Assembly (NCBI GenBank): GCA_965248195.1
Contig: CBDFIQ010000001.1
Coordinates: 416,001-480,000 of the forward strand
Direction of reading: 5' to 3'
Origin: Longimicrobiales bacterium
GTDB lineage: Bacteria > Gemmatimonadota > Gemmatimonadetes > Longimicrobiales > Gaopeijiaceae
Length of the DNA: 64,000 nucleotides
Part shown: piece after piece, positions 52,551 to 62,429 of the stretch
How the letters are laid out: each line of letters opens with the position of its first letter
Position numbering within the stretch: position 1 is the first letter of the stretch
The notes under the pieces: generated by a model
Seen by the model: only the letters and a program-made list of their open reading frames with translations
What the model was told of the DNA's origin: nothing
The model's database searches: none
Made by a program: the position numbers and the translations under genes

Positions 52551-52615
52551 CCGCCGTCTAACGTCTCGTGTTTCTGCTGCGCGCCAAAGATGTGGACCGC
52601 AAGCGAAGCACGCGA
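52551..52615 (-). other. Half attC site (R' side)
   Basis: Homologous to the 53816/55297 attC; GCAGAAACACGAGACGTTAGAC. Confidence 0.7.
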
Positions 52616-52787
52616 CCACGACGACTCCGCTTCTCGTAACCCAAAACTGGAACCCATCAAGGTTCAGTTTTTGTTACCCATCAGGGTTCGGGCTCACACA
52701 CCGCACTGCTGGCGCCCTCACTCGCCGTTGCCCCAAACCATGACCGGAATCCCTTGGAAGTAGATTCTGCCTCACTCCACGTGCTTT

Positions 52788-53372
52788 TCACATCTTGTAA
52801 CCGCGCTTTAGCATCATCGGCGCATGCTTCGCAAAGAGATCGGCGGGCGGCACCTCGAAGGAGAAGGAATCTGCGAGACGATCGATCAGGTTGAAAGCAA
52901 ACGCCACGCCGATAGCGTCTTTGATGGCAGCATCGGACAGTCCCACTTCCCGCAGCGATTGCGCATCTTCAGTCGACAGCTCCTCGGGCCGCAGGGTCAT
53001 CGTCTCCAGAAACCGGAGCATCTCCTTCATTCTCTTGTCGATGGGGGCTGATTCGAAGTCCTCCAGAATCGCCTCCACTACCTCTTTTCCGAGGGCATGC
53101 GACGCGACCGCGCCGTGAGACCCAGTTCAGAATGGGCATTGATTCTTACGAGATACGAAGGCGGCGAAGAGTTCGCACTCGCCGGCACTCCATTCGCGAC
53201 TCAGGCGCATTACTGAGTGGGTAACCGCGGAGAACGACTTCCCGAAAAACTCAGGACGGTACAGCAAAGTCCGCACTACGTCGGGGATACGCACACGCAT
53301 GATCAGCTGCATCATACGCAGCTGGAGCTTCTGCCGTAGACGATGACCGTTCTCTAGCCGTTTGAGCCTCAC
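52788..53372 (-). CDS. AhpD/CMD-like peroxidase-related protein, probable selenoprotein (UGA at 53127-53129)
   Basis: Two track ORFs in the same frame joined by TGA in NQCPF*TGSH (CxxUxxxH); hairpin right after the UGA. Confidence 0.8.
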
Positions 53373-53713
53373 GGTGTATCTCCTTCCCTCCCGCCGAGTG
53401 TTCCGAGAGCACGTTCCAGCCGCGCCCGAGACGCACCCAGTGCAGCTGCTACGGTCAACTCGAAGATCTGATCCTCCGAATAGCCCGCCGTCTTGAGTAA
53501 CTCGATGTCCTCGTCGGTTGTGCGGTAGGCATGCCGCGCAACCTTTTCTACCCAGTCGGACAGCTCGTCTGGCACCATCTCATCCGTGCCTTGCCGTCCG
53601 CTCAGTGCACCGGCCCGTGCTTCGACCGCACGACACAGCTCCGAAGTAGTCTTCCCCGGTCCAGACAGGACCGTATCGACGAGCCTGGTCAGGTCCTCAC
53701 GATAGCGGACCAT
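53369..53713 (-). CDS. AhpD/CMD-like partner protein
   Basis: VEKVARHAY..DEDIELLKTAGYSEDQIFEL; AGGAGG RBS; GTGA overlap. Confidence 0.75.
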   Translation of the reverse strand: MVRYREDLTRLVDTVLSGPGKTTSELCRAVEARAGALSGRQGTDEMVPDELSDWVEKVARHAYRTTDEDIELLKTAGYSEDQIFELTVAAALGASRARLERALGTLGGREGDTP

Positions 53714-53837
53714 GGTTTACCTCCTGTCACGACGACGGCCGGGGCGTTCCCAACATCTCTTCGATTGACCTCCGCCCGCTTTGCGGTGCTCGGTCGTCTA
53801 CGGCACGGACGGGCCGCATAACGTCTCTGCGATTCTG

Positions 53838-55296
53838 ATCTTATAAGGCGAAAGGCTGACCTCACTCGAGCGTGGCGTTACGCTGATCTTGCTCAAAGGC
53901 CTGCGGCACCCAACCCAAGGAGGCCAGCCATGTTTGTCGCAGGAATCGATGCTCACGCAACGTATTCGGTGATCGCCATCGTGAGCAACACAGGTCAGCT
54001 CGTTGCCGGACCCATCCGGATCAAGAACACGCAAGAGGATCGGCTCAATGATCTACTGGAGCAGTATCAGCCCCTGGAGGTGGTCGTCGAGACGAGTCCG
54101 GCCTGGCCGTGGCTCTTCGATCGACTCCAAGAGCGGGGGATCGACTTCGTGCTCGCTCACGCCAAGCGGCTCCGAGTCATCGCCGAGTCCAACTACAAGA
54201 GTGACGACATCGACGCCGAGTTGTTGGCGCGTATGCGACTCGCGGGCCTCATCCCCGAGGTCCATCCGAAGTGCGTCGAGCAGCGGGAGCAGGCGGTACT
54301 GCTACGCAACCGGGCACGACTCGTACGCGAACGCACACGCATGGTGAACCGCATCCATGCCCAGATCCACAACGTCGGGCTTCATCTGGAGCGTGGGCGT
54401 CTGCTCACCCAGGATGGACGCCAGTGGGTGCATGACGTGGCGTGGCCGCTGCTCGGAGCCGAGCGGCGTCTGTTCATCGACATGCAGTGGGAACTCATCG
54501 ACCAGATCGTGCCGATGATCAAAACGCTTGATCGCAGGGTTGAGCACGTAGGCCGCAAGGTCCCCGCTGTAGCTCTGCTCGAGACCATCCCGGGCGTCGG
54601 TTCCTATCGGGCATTGCTCATCGCCACCGAGACGTTGCCCATCAAACGATTTCGTACACCGGGGCACCTGGTCAGCTACGCCGGTCTAGCCCCTCGCTCC
54701 TCACAGTCAGGGCTCCGGCCCATCCGCCACGGATCGATCCCCGCCGGGGCCAACCGTTGGCTGAGGGGCACCTTCGTCCGGACCGTCGTGAGCCACGTCA
54801 CTCACGCGCCCGACAGCTGGCTATCACAGTCGTACGAACTGATCAGGCAACGGCTCGGGTGGCAGGTCGCTCGGGTCGCTACCGCTCGGCGCCTCGCTCG
54901 TGCTGTGCACGCGATGCTCCGTACGGGTGAGGTCTGGCACGATGAACCCGTGGCTCGATCAAACTGAGATGACACACGATGATGGACCGTACCACGACAG
55001 GGGTGAGCTCCGCGCGCAGCATGTCGCACGACGACCCTCAGATTCTGATTGAGCCCCCCGCTCGCATAGCAGATCTTCGGACATCCCCGCGCTGGGATGA
55101 AACCTGAATAGATGCCTGAGTTCCTCGTGAGAGGAGACTCACCCAAGATCGGACGCGACGTTGGTACTGAAGGATGAAAAACGGAAGATGATCACGCAGG
55201 CCTTGAGCTACAGACCAGTGGACCGAGCCACCCCTCCGGGACCCCGGACGGGTAAGGGAGGGCTACGCCCTGTTGACTCCCTTCACCTTATAGATG
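53838..55296 (+). mobile_element. IS110 family (IS1111 type) element; transposase 53930-54967
   Basis: AGIDAH, VVET, KSDDIDA, TIPGVG, SYAGLAP..SG; subterminal IRs TATAAGGCGAAAGG / CCCTTCACCTTATA; shared TG core, no long TSD. Confidence 0.92.
54968..55296 (+). ncRNA. Predicted bridge/seek RNA region
   Basis: About 330-bp non-coding 3' end with hairpins and segments matching the target; exact ends unknown. Confidence 0.65.
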
Positions 55297-55586
55297 CTGC
55301 GCGGCTAATGTGGTGACCGCAAGCGAAGCGCGCGAGCCTCATGCTTACCGCGACTGCAGCAATCGCTTGTTAGAACGCCGTGCGGGGGCACTCCTGCCTT
55401 ACCCAGATCGGCGGCTAGTCGCAGCGTCTAGAACGCGTTCTGGGTCCACGCGAACGTCGTGGCCCAAACCAAGACTGCCGCGAACATCGCTACGGCCCCG
55501 GCTCCCACCGCAGTCTTCCTGGCCCTGAAGCCGACGACCAGAAAGTGCGATGAGGGCGAAGTTGGCAGATTCCCGGGAAGCGGCGG

Positions 55587-56555
55587 CTAGCCCCCGAGCT
55601 CGTCGAAGATCTGCTCGATCCGGCGGCGCAGGTCAGCGTCGGGAAGATCGCCCCGACCGGCGCCCATGTTGTCGACCATGTGTTCAGGGTCGTCCGTGCC
55701 CGGAATCACGACGGTCACCGCCGGATTCGAGAGGCCGTACTTCAGGCAGAGCTGCGCCCAGCTCGTGGCGCCGATCTCGCTCGCGAAGTCGGGGAGCGGC
55801 CGGTCGCCCGCAAGCGAGAAGACGCCGCCGCGGCGGCCCGCGAAGGGTCTCGCCACCACCACCGCGACGCCGTAATCTGCTGCCAGCGGGAGAATCCTCT
55901 CGGCGGCGGCTCGATCCAGCACCGAGTAGTCGATCTCGATCATGTCGAGGTTCTCCTCCTGAATCAGCCGCTCGAGCTCCGGATACTGCTCGGCGCTCAT
56001 CGTGGTGACGCCGAGGTATCGGATCCGCCCGGCTTCCTTCCACTCTCGCAGGATCGGCAGCAGGATCTCCACGCCGTCGAGAAAGTGGACGCGCATGGCC
56101 GATACGCGCTCGACTCTCAGCGCGGTCATACAAGCCTCGAGCGACGCGACTGCCTCTCCGCGGTTGTCCGGCGTCGGGACCTTCGTCGCGATGAATACGT
56201 CGTCGCGGGCGTCCAGCTCACGGAGAATCTGGCCAATGACCTCCTCGGCCCGCCCGCGGCCGTAGATCCGCGCCGTGTCGATGAAGCGGGCGCCGCTCTC
56301 CTTCATCAACCGAACGATCTCCCGAAGCGGCGCGATCTCCTCCTCGCTCTGCGCCCCCCACTGATTCGTGCCGACTCCAACGACGGGAAGCCGCTCGCCG
56401 GTTCCGGGGATCGGCCGAGTCATGAACTCCTGGATGAGGGTCGGCACCTCGCCGAACAGTGGCGCCCCGCGACCGACAGCCACCCCAGCCCCTGCCAAGA
56501 GTCCCAGCTTGATTGCATCGCGACGCGTCGTGCTCTGTGGGTCGGCGTGATTCAT
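55587..56555 (-). CDS. Aldo/keto reductase with Tat signal
   Basis: TRRDAIK; IDTARIYG; WKEAGRIRYLGV; VIPGT. Confidence 0.9.
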   Translation of the reverse strand: MNHADPQSTTRRDAIKLGLLAGAGVAVGRGAPLFGEVPTLIQEFMTRPIPGTGERLPVVGVGTNQWGAQSEEEIAPLREIVRLMKESGARFIDTARIYGRGRAEEVIGQILRELDARDDVFIATKVPTPDNRGEAVASLEACMTALRVERVSAMRVHFLDGVEILLPILREWKEAGRIRYLGVTTMSAEQYPELERLIQEENLDMIEIDYSVLDRAAAERILPLAADYGVAVVVARPFAGRRGGVFSLAGDRPLPDFASEIGATSWAQLCLKYGLSNPAVTVVIPGTDDPEHMVDNMGAGRGDLPDADLRRRIEQIFDELGG

Positions 56556-57210
56556 ATCATTCCTTCTCGTGTCGGTATCGTCGGCGGCCTCGTAGTCTCG
56601 CTCCTATCGAGACACCCGAGCAGAGGGTGTCGCTGAAGGGCGGCAATCGCTCTCGACTCGTCGATACTCGGATACTCGCCTGCCTTACACTATGCCGCGA
56701 AGCCACCTAACTCCTTTTGTTCAACGCTTCCGACTAACCTAGTGCCCAAGGCGTCGGACGCGTTCCGACTGAACAGAATGCGTTGACACGTCGGCTCCGC
56801 GCCAGACCTTGGGTTCGATCCCCGCGGGCAGGACCCAGCCATTGCAGGACCGATCTCGTGGCGGGCGCTGCGGTCCGTACTATTTCTTGGGCTGGATCGT
56901 TGCGGACCGGATGCTGTGATCGGCTCTCTTGAATGGGACGGTCCGCTCCCAGGGACGATATCTGCTCGAAAGATCGGGTTCTTCTGGGTTTCTGAAAGGT
57001 TGGGGAGCCTTTCTCCCGTAGTGGTGGGTCCTCGGTACGGGAGAGATCTCGAAGGCGCCCTTACGCGATTCCTCGGAGAGCGAAAGAGTCGGCCCGAAGA
57101 GAGGCGTGGGCGCGAGGAGAAGCTCCTCTCCAAGGTGCGTCGGGCAAAGTTGTCTTCCAGCCGGCTTCGCAGTACCATGAGCTACTGAGCCTCAGCAGGG
57201 AGCGGTGCCC

Positions 57211-57933
57211 ATGTCCGAGAGGAACCCCTTCGACGTCGGTCTCGCAGGATCGAGCGCGAGCCCGTCCCCCCTCCACCCCACGAAGTCGGAGATCCCGACG
57301 TGCGCTGACCCCTCCCTCGGCGGTTCGCCGTTCGAGTGGCTAGAGGGCCGCACGCGTTGGTCCCGGAGAGACTTCATCAAGGGCGTCATCGCCTCGGGGG
57401 TGGCAGTATCGGGAGTGCCATACCTGGCCTCCGCCGCTTCCAGGCCGACTCTTCAGGCCGGTGCGGTAGAGCGCCTGATCTCGTTGAACGTCAACGGGCA
57501 GACTCGCCGCGTCGATGTTCTCCCCAACGAGACCCTCGCGATGACCCTGCGCTACAAGCTCGGGCTCACGGGTACCAAGCTCGGCTGCGACCGTGCGGAG
57601 TGCGGGGCCTGCACCGTCTTGATCGACGACGTGACGCACTACTCGTGCTCCACGCTGACTCAGCGCGTTCGCGGGAAAGAGATCACGACGGTCGAGGGGC
57701 TGGAGAGTTCGACCGGCGAGCTCCACCCGGTGCAACAGGCTTTCATGGACGAATTGGGCCCGCAGTGCGGCTTTTGCACGCCGGGCCAGGTGATGGCGGC
57801 CGTGGGTCTCCTGACGGCGAACCCGAATCCGACCCGGGAGGAGGCGCGCCAGGCGATGTCGGGTAATGTGTGCCGGTGCGGGGCCTACGACCATTATCTG
57901 AACGGAATCATGCGCGCAGCGGGGGAGGTCTGA
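57211..57933 (+). CDS. Xanthine dehydrogenase family 2Fe-2S subunit with Tat motif (PaoA-like)
   Basis: SRRDFIK; GCDRAECGACT; QCGFCTPG; CRCG. Confidence 0.9.
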   Translation: MSERNPFDVGLAGSSASPSPLHPTKSEIPTCADPSLGGSPFEWLEGRTRWSRRDFIKGVIASGVAVSGVPYLASAASRPTLQAGAVERLISLNVNGQTRRVDVLPNETLAMTLRYKLGLTGTKLGCDRAECGACTVLIDDVTHYSCSTLTQRVRGKEITTVEGLESSTGELHPVQQAFMDELGPQCGFCTPGQVMAAVGLLTANPNPTREEARQAMSGNVCRCGAYDHYLNGIMRAAGEV

Positions 57934-57934
57934 C

Positions 57935-60361
57935 ATGGACCACTTGATTGGTCGAGATTTCACGCCACCGGATCTTCACGCCAAGGTGACCGGGCGAGCG
58001 AAATATGCCGAGGACTTTCGCGCGGACGGCATGTTGTTCTGCCGCCTGCTGACCAGCCCCATGCCGCACGCTCGTGTTGTGAGCATCGACGCGTCAAGGG
58101 CTCTCGCCATGGAAGGCGTCGTCGCGATTCTGACCGCCGACGAGCTGCCCGAAGTGACGGCGCCGGGCAATACGAGCCTCACGAACGAGCCGCTGTACGT
58201 GGGCGCGCCGATCCTCGCGGTGGCTGCGACGGACGAGACGACGGCCCAGAACGCCATCGCGGCCATCAATCTGGATCTGGAACCGCTTCCGTTCTGCGTG
58301 GACCCGCTCGAGAGCCTGCGTCCGGACGGCCCGAACGCCAGGACCACGGGAAATATGCCGCAGGCGCGCGAGACCGTGGCGGAGGTCAACACGAGCGAGG
58401 GTGTGGGGGAGATCAAGTGGACCGCAGAAGACTTCGCGGCCGCAGGTGAGGGCCAGATGCCCATGGGCCGGCCCATGACGGATTGGTCATACGGCGACGT
58501 CGAGGCGGGTTTCGCGAACGCCGCTCTCGTGCTCGACGAGTCCTTCATCACCGCGGGCACGTCGCATAACTCGATGGAGCCACGTACCGCCATGGCGTAC
58601 TGGCAGAACGGGAAGTGTTACCTGTACGGCTCGACCCAGAGCCAGAGCAACGTGGTTCCGCGTCTGGCCGCCCTCCTCGAGATCGAGCCGGAGGACCTCG
58701 TCTATGTCTCGGAGTTCTGTGGTGGTGGGTTCGGGTCGAAGGCGCCCGCCTACCCCGTTATAGCCATTCCGGCCTACATGGCGAAGAAGACCGGCCGGCC
58801 CGTGCTGATGCGTATCAGCCGAGCCGAGGAGAACTTCATCGGTGTATGCCGACCCGCTTTCCAGGGTCGCCTCAAGATCGGGTTCCAGCCCGACGGGCGT
58901 ATCACGGCAGCCGATCTGTACATCGTCCAGAACAACGGACCCAACTCCGGTGGGGGTGACTATAACTCCGCCGGAGGCGCGATGTCCATCGTCTACACGC
59001 CGCTCGCCATGCGCTTCCGAGGGGTTCCCGTCCTGACCAACACACCACCCACGGGGGCCCAGAGGGGGCCGGGGCAGAACCAACTGGCCTGCGCTGTCGA
59101 ACCGATTCTCGACAAGGCGGCCCGCCAGCTGGGTCTCGACCTTGTAGCGATTCGCCGGATCAATGCCCCGGACAACAGTGCCAGGTACGGTGCTGACCAG
59201 GGTCCGGTCACAAGCGCATTTCAACGTGAGGCGCTCGACCTTGGGGCGGAGCAGTTCGACTGGGAAGCCAGGCGTGCGCGCAGTGGACAGCGGCGTGGCT
59301 CGAAGGTCACCGGCGTCGCGGTCGGCCAGGCGTACCACGCGGCCGGGAATAACGGATTCGACGGGCTCTTGCGCATCGCACCGGACGGAAAGTTGTACAT
59401 CCACACCGGCGTGGGGAACCTGGGTACGTATTCGTACGCCAACACGTCCCGGGTCGCGGCGGAGGTGCTCGGTTACGACTGGGAGAACGTTGAGATCGTC
59501 CGCGGTAACTCCAGCCGAAATCTTCCCTGGAGTCCGAATCAGGGCGGGAGCAACACATCCTTCACGGAGTCCCGCGCCAATTACGCCTCAGGCATGGACG
59601 CTGTCCAAAAGCTCAAAGAGCTCGCGGCGCGCGACCTCGGGGGCTCGCCCGGAGACTACGATATCGCAAACGAAGCGGTCTTCGCGAGAGCCAATCCGTC
59701 GCGGCGCCTTACCTACGCAGCCGCAGCTCAGAGGGCCATCCAACTCGGGGGACGGTTCAGCGGCGAAGAGGTGCCCGACGACATCAACGAGATGACGGCG
59801 CGCGCCGTGGAGGGGATCGCCGGTACAGGCTTGATCGGAGTGGCAAGGGACAACCTTCCGCGCAACGGGACCGTTCCCGCCCTGGCAACCGGATTCATCG
59901 AGATCGAGTTGGACGTGGAGACCGGCCAATTCGAGATCATCGACTACCTGGGCGTCGCAGACTGCGGAACGGTTATGCATCCCATGGGACTGTCGGGGCA
60001 GATCAAGGGTGGGGCCGTGATGGGCTTCGGGATGGCGGCCCTCGAGCGCCATATCTACGACACTCACTACGGTCTGCCGGGGACCGTCGGATTTCACCAG
60101 ATCAAGCCCCCGACGTATCTGGACGTTCCTGTCGAAATGGGGTGGGCCGCCGTCAACATAGCCGATCCCCAGAACCCGGTGGGGTCGAAGGGAATCGGTG
60201 AGCCGACCATGGGATGTGCGGCAGCCGCGCTGTTGTGCGCGATCTCCGACGCCCTGGACGGCCACTACTTCAATCGAACACCGATCGTGCCGGACATGAT
60301 CGTAAATGCCGCCTCGGGGCAGGCACAATCTCACAGTCCGCTTCAGGTTAACACAGCATGA
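57935..60361 (+). CDS. Xanthine dehydrogenase family molybdopterin-binding subunit
   Basis: KVTGRAKY, GGGFGSK, KGIGEP. Confidence 0.92.
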   Translation: MDHLIGRDFTPPDLHAKVTGRAKYAEDFRADGMLFCRLLTSPMPHARVVSIDASRALAMEGVVAILTADELPEVTAPGNTSLTNEPLYVGAPILAVAATDETTAQNAIAAINLDLEPLPFCVDPLESLRPDGPNARTTGNMPQARETVAEVNTSEGVGEIKWTAEDFAAAGEGQMPMGRPMTDWSYGDVEAGFANAALVLDESFITAGTSHNSMEPRTAMAYWQNGKCYLYGSTQSQSNVVPRLAALLEIEPEDLVYVSEFCGGGFGSKAPAYPVIAIPAYMAKKTGRPVLMRISRAEENFIGVCRPAFQGRLKIGFQPDGRITAADLYIVQNNGPNSGGGDYNSAGGAMSIVYTPLAMRFRGVPVLTNTPPTGAQRGPGQNQLACAVEPILDKAARQLGLDLVAIRRINAPDNSARYGADQGPVTSAFQREALDLGAEQFDWEARRARSGQRRGSKVTGVAVGQAYHAAGNNGFDGLLRIAPDGKLYIHTGVGNLGTYSYANTSRVAAEVLGYDWENVEIVRGNSSRNLPWSPNQGGSNTSFTESRANYASGMDAVQKLKELAARDLGGSPGDYDIANEAVFARANPSRRLTYAAAAQRAIQLGGRFSGEEVPDDINEMTARAVEGIAGTGLIGVARDNLPRNGTVPALATGFIEIELDVETGQFEIIDYLGVADCGTVMHPMGLSGQIKGGAVMGFGMAALERHIYDTHYGLPGTVGFHQIKPPTYLDVPVEMGWAAVNIADPQNPVGSKGIGEPTMGCAAAALLCAISDALDGHYFNRTPIVPDMIVNAASGQAQSHSPLQVNTA

Positions 60362-60389
60362 GGGAGCAGCCCCATGAGTGAGAACCCGC

Positions 60390-60457
60390 TGACAGGCACC
60401 CAATGACAGGCACCCAATGACAGGCACCCAATGACAGGCACCCAATGACAGGCACCC
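60390..60457. repeat. 14-bp tandem repeat (TGACAGGCACCCAA) x4 plus 12 bp
   Basis: Direct count. Confidence 0.95.
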
Positions 60458-60479
60458 GCATGTTGAAGGAGAGCCACGC

Positions 60480-61469
60480 ATGCTGAACGACATGATGTCG
60501 CATTTCGAGCTTTTTCAACCCGTAGATGTGGACAATGCGTTCGATCTCCTGGATCGTTATGGGGAGGAGTGCTGGACCATCGCCGGGGGGCACGACAGCC
60601 TAGGCTGGTTCAAGGATCGGGGGAAACAGCCTACGGCCGTGATCGACCTCGCTGGGATCTCCGAGCTTCATGGGATCCGTGAGACCGCTGAAGGACTCGA
60701 GCTCGGAGCGATGACTACCCTCACCGAAATTGAGCGCCATCCGGTCATCCAGGAGAGGTTCGGGTTGCTCGCGGAGGCGGCTCTCATGGTCGCGAGCCCC
60801 CAGATCCGTAACTCGGGCACCCTGGGCGGCAACGTGCTACAGGACACCCGATGCTGGTATTACCGCTTCGGGCTCGCATGTTACAGGGCCGGTGGAAACA
60901 CGTGCTACGCGAGCGCCCCGGAGGCCATGAATCGGGAGCATGCCATCTTCGGAGCCAACCGGTGCGTGGCCGTAACTCCGTCCGATCCCGGACCCGCGCT
61001 GGTGGCGCTCGAAGCGGAGATGGTGATTCGCAACTCCCGTGGCGAGCGGGTGGTGTCTGCGGAGGACTTCTTCATGACGCCCGCCGTCGACATCCAACGC
61101 ATGACGGTCCTCGAGCCCGAGGATCTGCTGACGACCATCCGTATTCCCAACACCTGGGCTGGAGCCAACTTCTACTTCGAGAAGGTGGCGGACCGGGGTG
61201 CCTGGGACTTCCCGCTCGTGAACGTAGCCGCTGCGCTCCGGCTCGAGGGGGGCCGAATCGCCGACGCCCGCATCGTCGTGGGTGCCGTCGAGTGCATCCC
61301 TCGGCGCCTGACGGACGTCGAAGACCTCGTGAGAGGCCGCGTCCAGAACGAGGAAACCGCTGCCATGGCGGGCGCAGAAGCCGTAGCCGGAGCGGAGCCC
61401 TTGCGGTACAACCACTTCAAGGTGCCGCTCATGGAGAACCTCGTGAAGAGGGCCGTGCGCGACGCCTGA
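60480..61469 (+). CDS. Xanthine dehydrogenase family FAD subunit (PaoB-like with Cys insert)
   Basis: IAGG, ASPQIRNSGTLGGN, RCWYYR..C..C..C. Confidence 0.92.
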   Translation: MLNDMMSHFELFQPVDVDNAFDLLDRYGEECWTIAGGHDSLGWFKDRGKQPTAVIDLAGISELHGIRETAEGLELGAMTTLTEIERHPVIQERFGLLAEAALMVASPQIRNSGTLGGNVLQDTRCWYYRFGLACYRAGGNTCYASAPEAMNREHAIFGANRCVAVTPSDPGPALVALEAEMVIRNSRGERVVSAEDFFMTPAVDIQRMTVLEPEDLLTTIRIPNTWAGANFYFEKVADRGAWDFPLVNVAAALRLEGGRIADARIVVGAVECIPRRLTDVEDLVRGRVQNEETAAMAGAEAVAGAEPLRYNHFKVPLMENLVKRAVRDA

Positions 61470-61709
61470 GGCCTAGGCCGAGGACTCCAGCCAGCTCGTC
61501 TCAGCCCCTGTGTTGATCGCGAGGTGTTCGCCCGCCCTCCCCGGGGGCGGCGCCGTGCCAGTGCTCCTCGTCGGGGTCGATCACAACCACTCGAACTGAC
61601 CCACTACCGGAGCCTAGCTCAAGATTCTAGCAGCGGGAGGGCCGCCATGCCGAGTTTCTTGGAGATCGGGAGGAAACCCGTCCTTCTTCCTAGATCGTTC
61701 TGGGCGCCT

Positions 61710-62005
61710 CGCGGCCAACGTCGTGGAGCCACGTCGTGGACCCCCCCAAACAAGGAAACTCCCCCACAGCATCCAAAGCCCTGGGGGAGTAGACCTTATC
61801 CCTAGTCGGGACGGCCGGATTCGAACCGGCGACCCCCTGAACCCCATTACCAACACCTTATACGCTATATCACGGGAGATGCCCGGTTTCATTCGGGTTT
61901 CGGGGAAAGTTTCCCGGAGTCGGAATCCTGAATTCCATGGATCCAGGGGGGTTACGTCGTGGAGAACGTATTGGAGGGGGGCTCTTCAGCGGACTCGATC
62001 ACCTA
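61710..62005 (-). repeat. attP-like junction 2 containing the tRNA-Pro(GGG) 3' half (61805-61848)
   Basis: Anticodon loop to acceptor stem ...GGTTCGAATCCGGCCGTCCCGAC; hairpin 61758-61790; paired ACGTCGTGGAG motifs on both sides. Confidence 0.88.
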
Positions 62006-62429
62006 TGCCCGTAGTGCGCTCCGCTCGCATAGCGTGCGAGCCTGATGGTCTCCGCGAGAGCAGCAGATACGCGGGTTAGCTGGCGTCGGCCGCTGTCCTA
62101 TCTTGTACTCCGCCACGGAACGGCATCCAAGGCGTTGTCACTTGCTGGCGCCGGGGAATCGCAGCGGTGATGGCCCAGAACTTGATACGGGCTACATGGT
62201 TCTCATCCTCGTAGACGCCTCGAACCGTTCGTCCCCCCGTGATCTCGTTCTGCTGTTTGTCGCTGACAAACCCTAATTCCTTATGCTCTCCAGGGTTGAG
62301 CATCAGTCCCACAGGCTCGTTTCGGGTAGACGTAATTTCACCGGATTCGTCCAGCCCCTCCAGCACCATCGTTGCGGGCATTTTCTGGACGAGCCTCAAT
62401 CCTCTCTTTCGTCTGATCTCGACGGAACC

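Larger units (their letters stand above)
53816..55376 (-). other. attC site split by the IS110 element
   Basis: Rejoined minus strand: TTCTAAC AAGCGATTGCTGC...GCAGAATCGC AGAGAC GTTATGC. Confidence 0.8.

Noticed and set aside
60390..60457. Tandem repeat as CRISPR
   Set aside because: No spacers; contiguous 14-mers.
61805..61848. Functional tRNA-Pro gene (also 46413-46451)
   Set aside because: The 5' acceptor strand and D-arm are absent; only the 3' half is present.
62076..62429. ORF truncated by IS3
   Set aside because: Its start lies inside the IS end and it has no recognisable motif; no product can be assigned.
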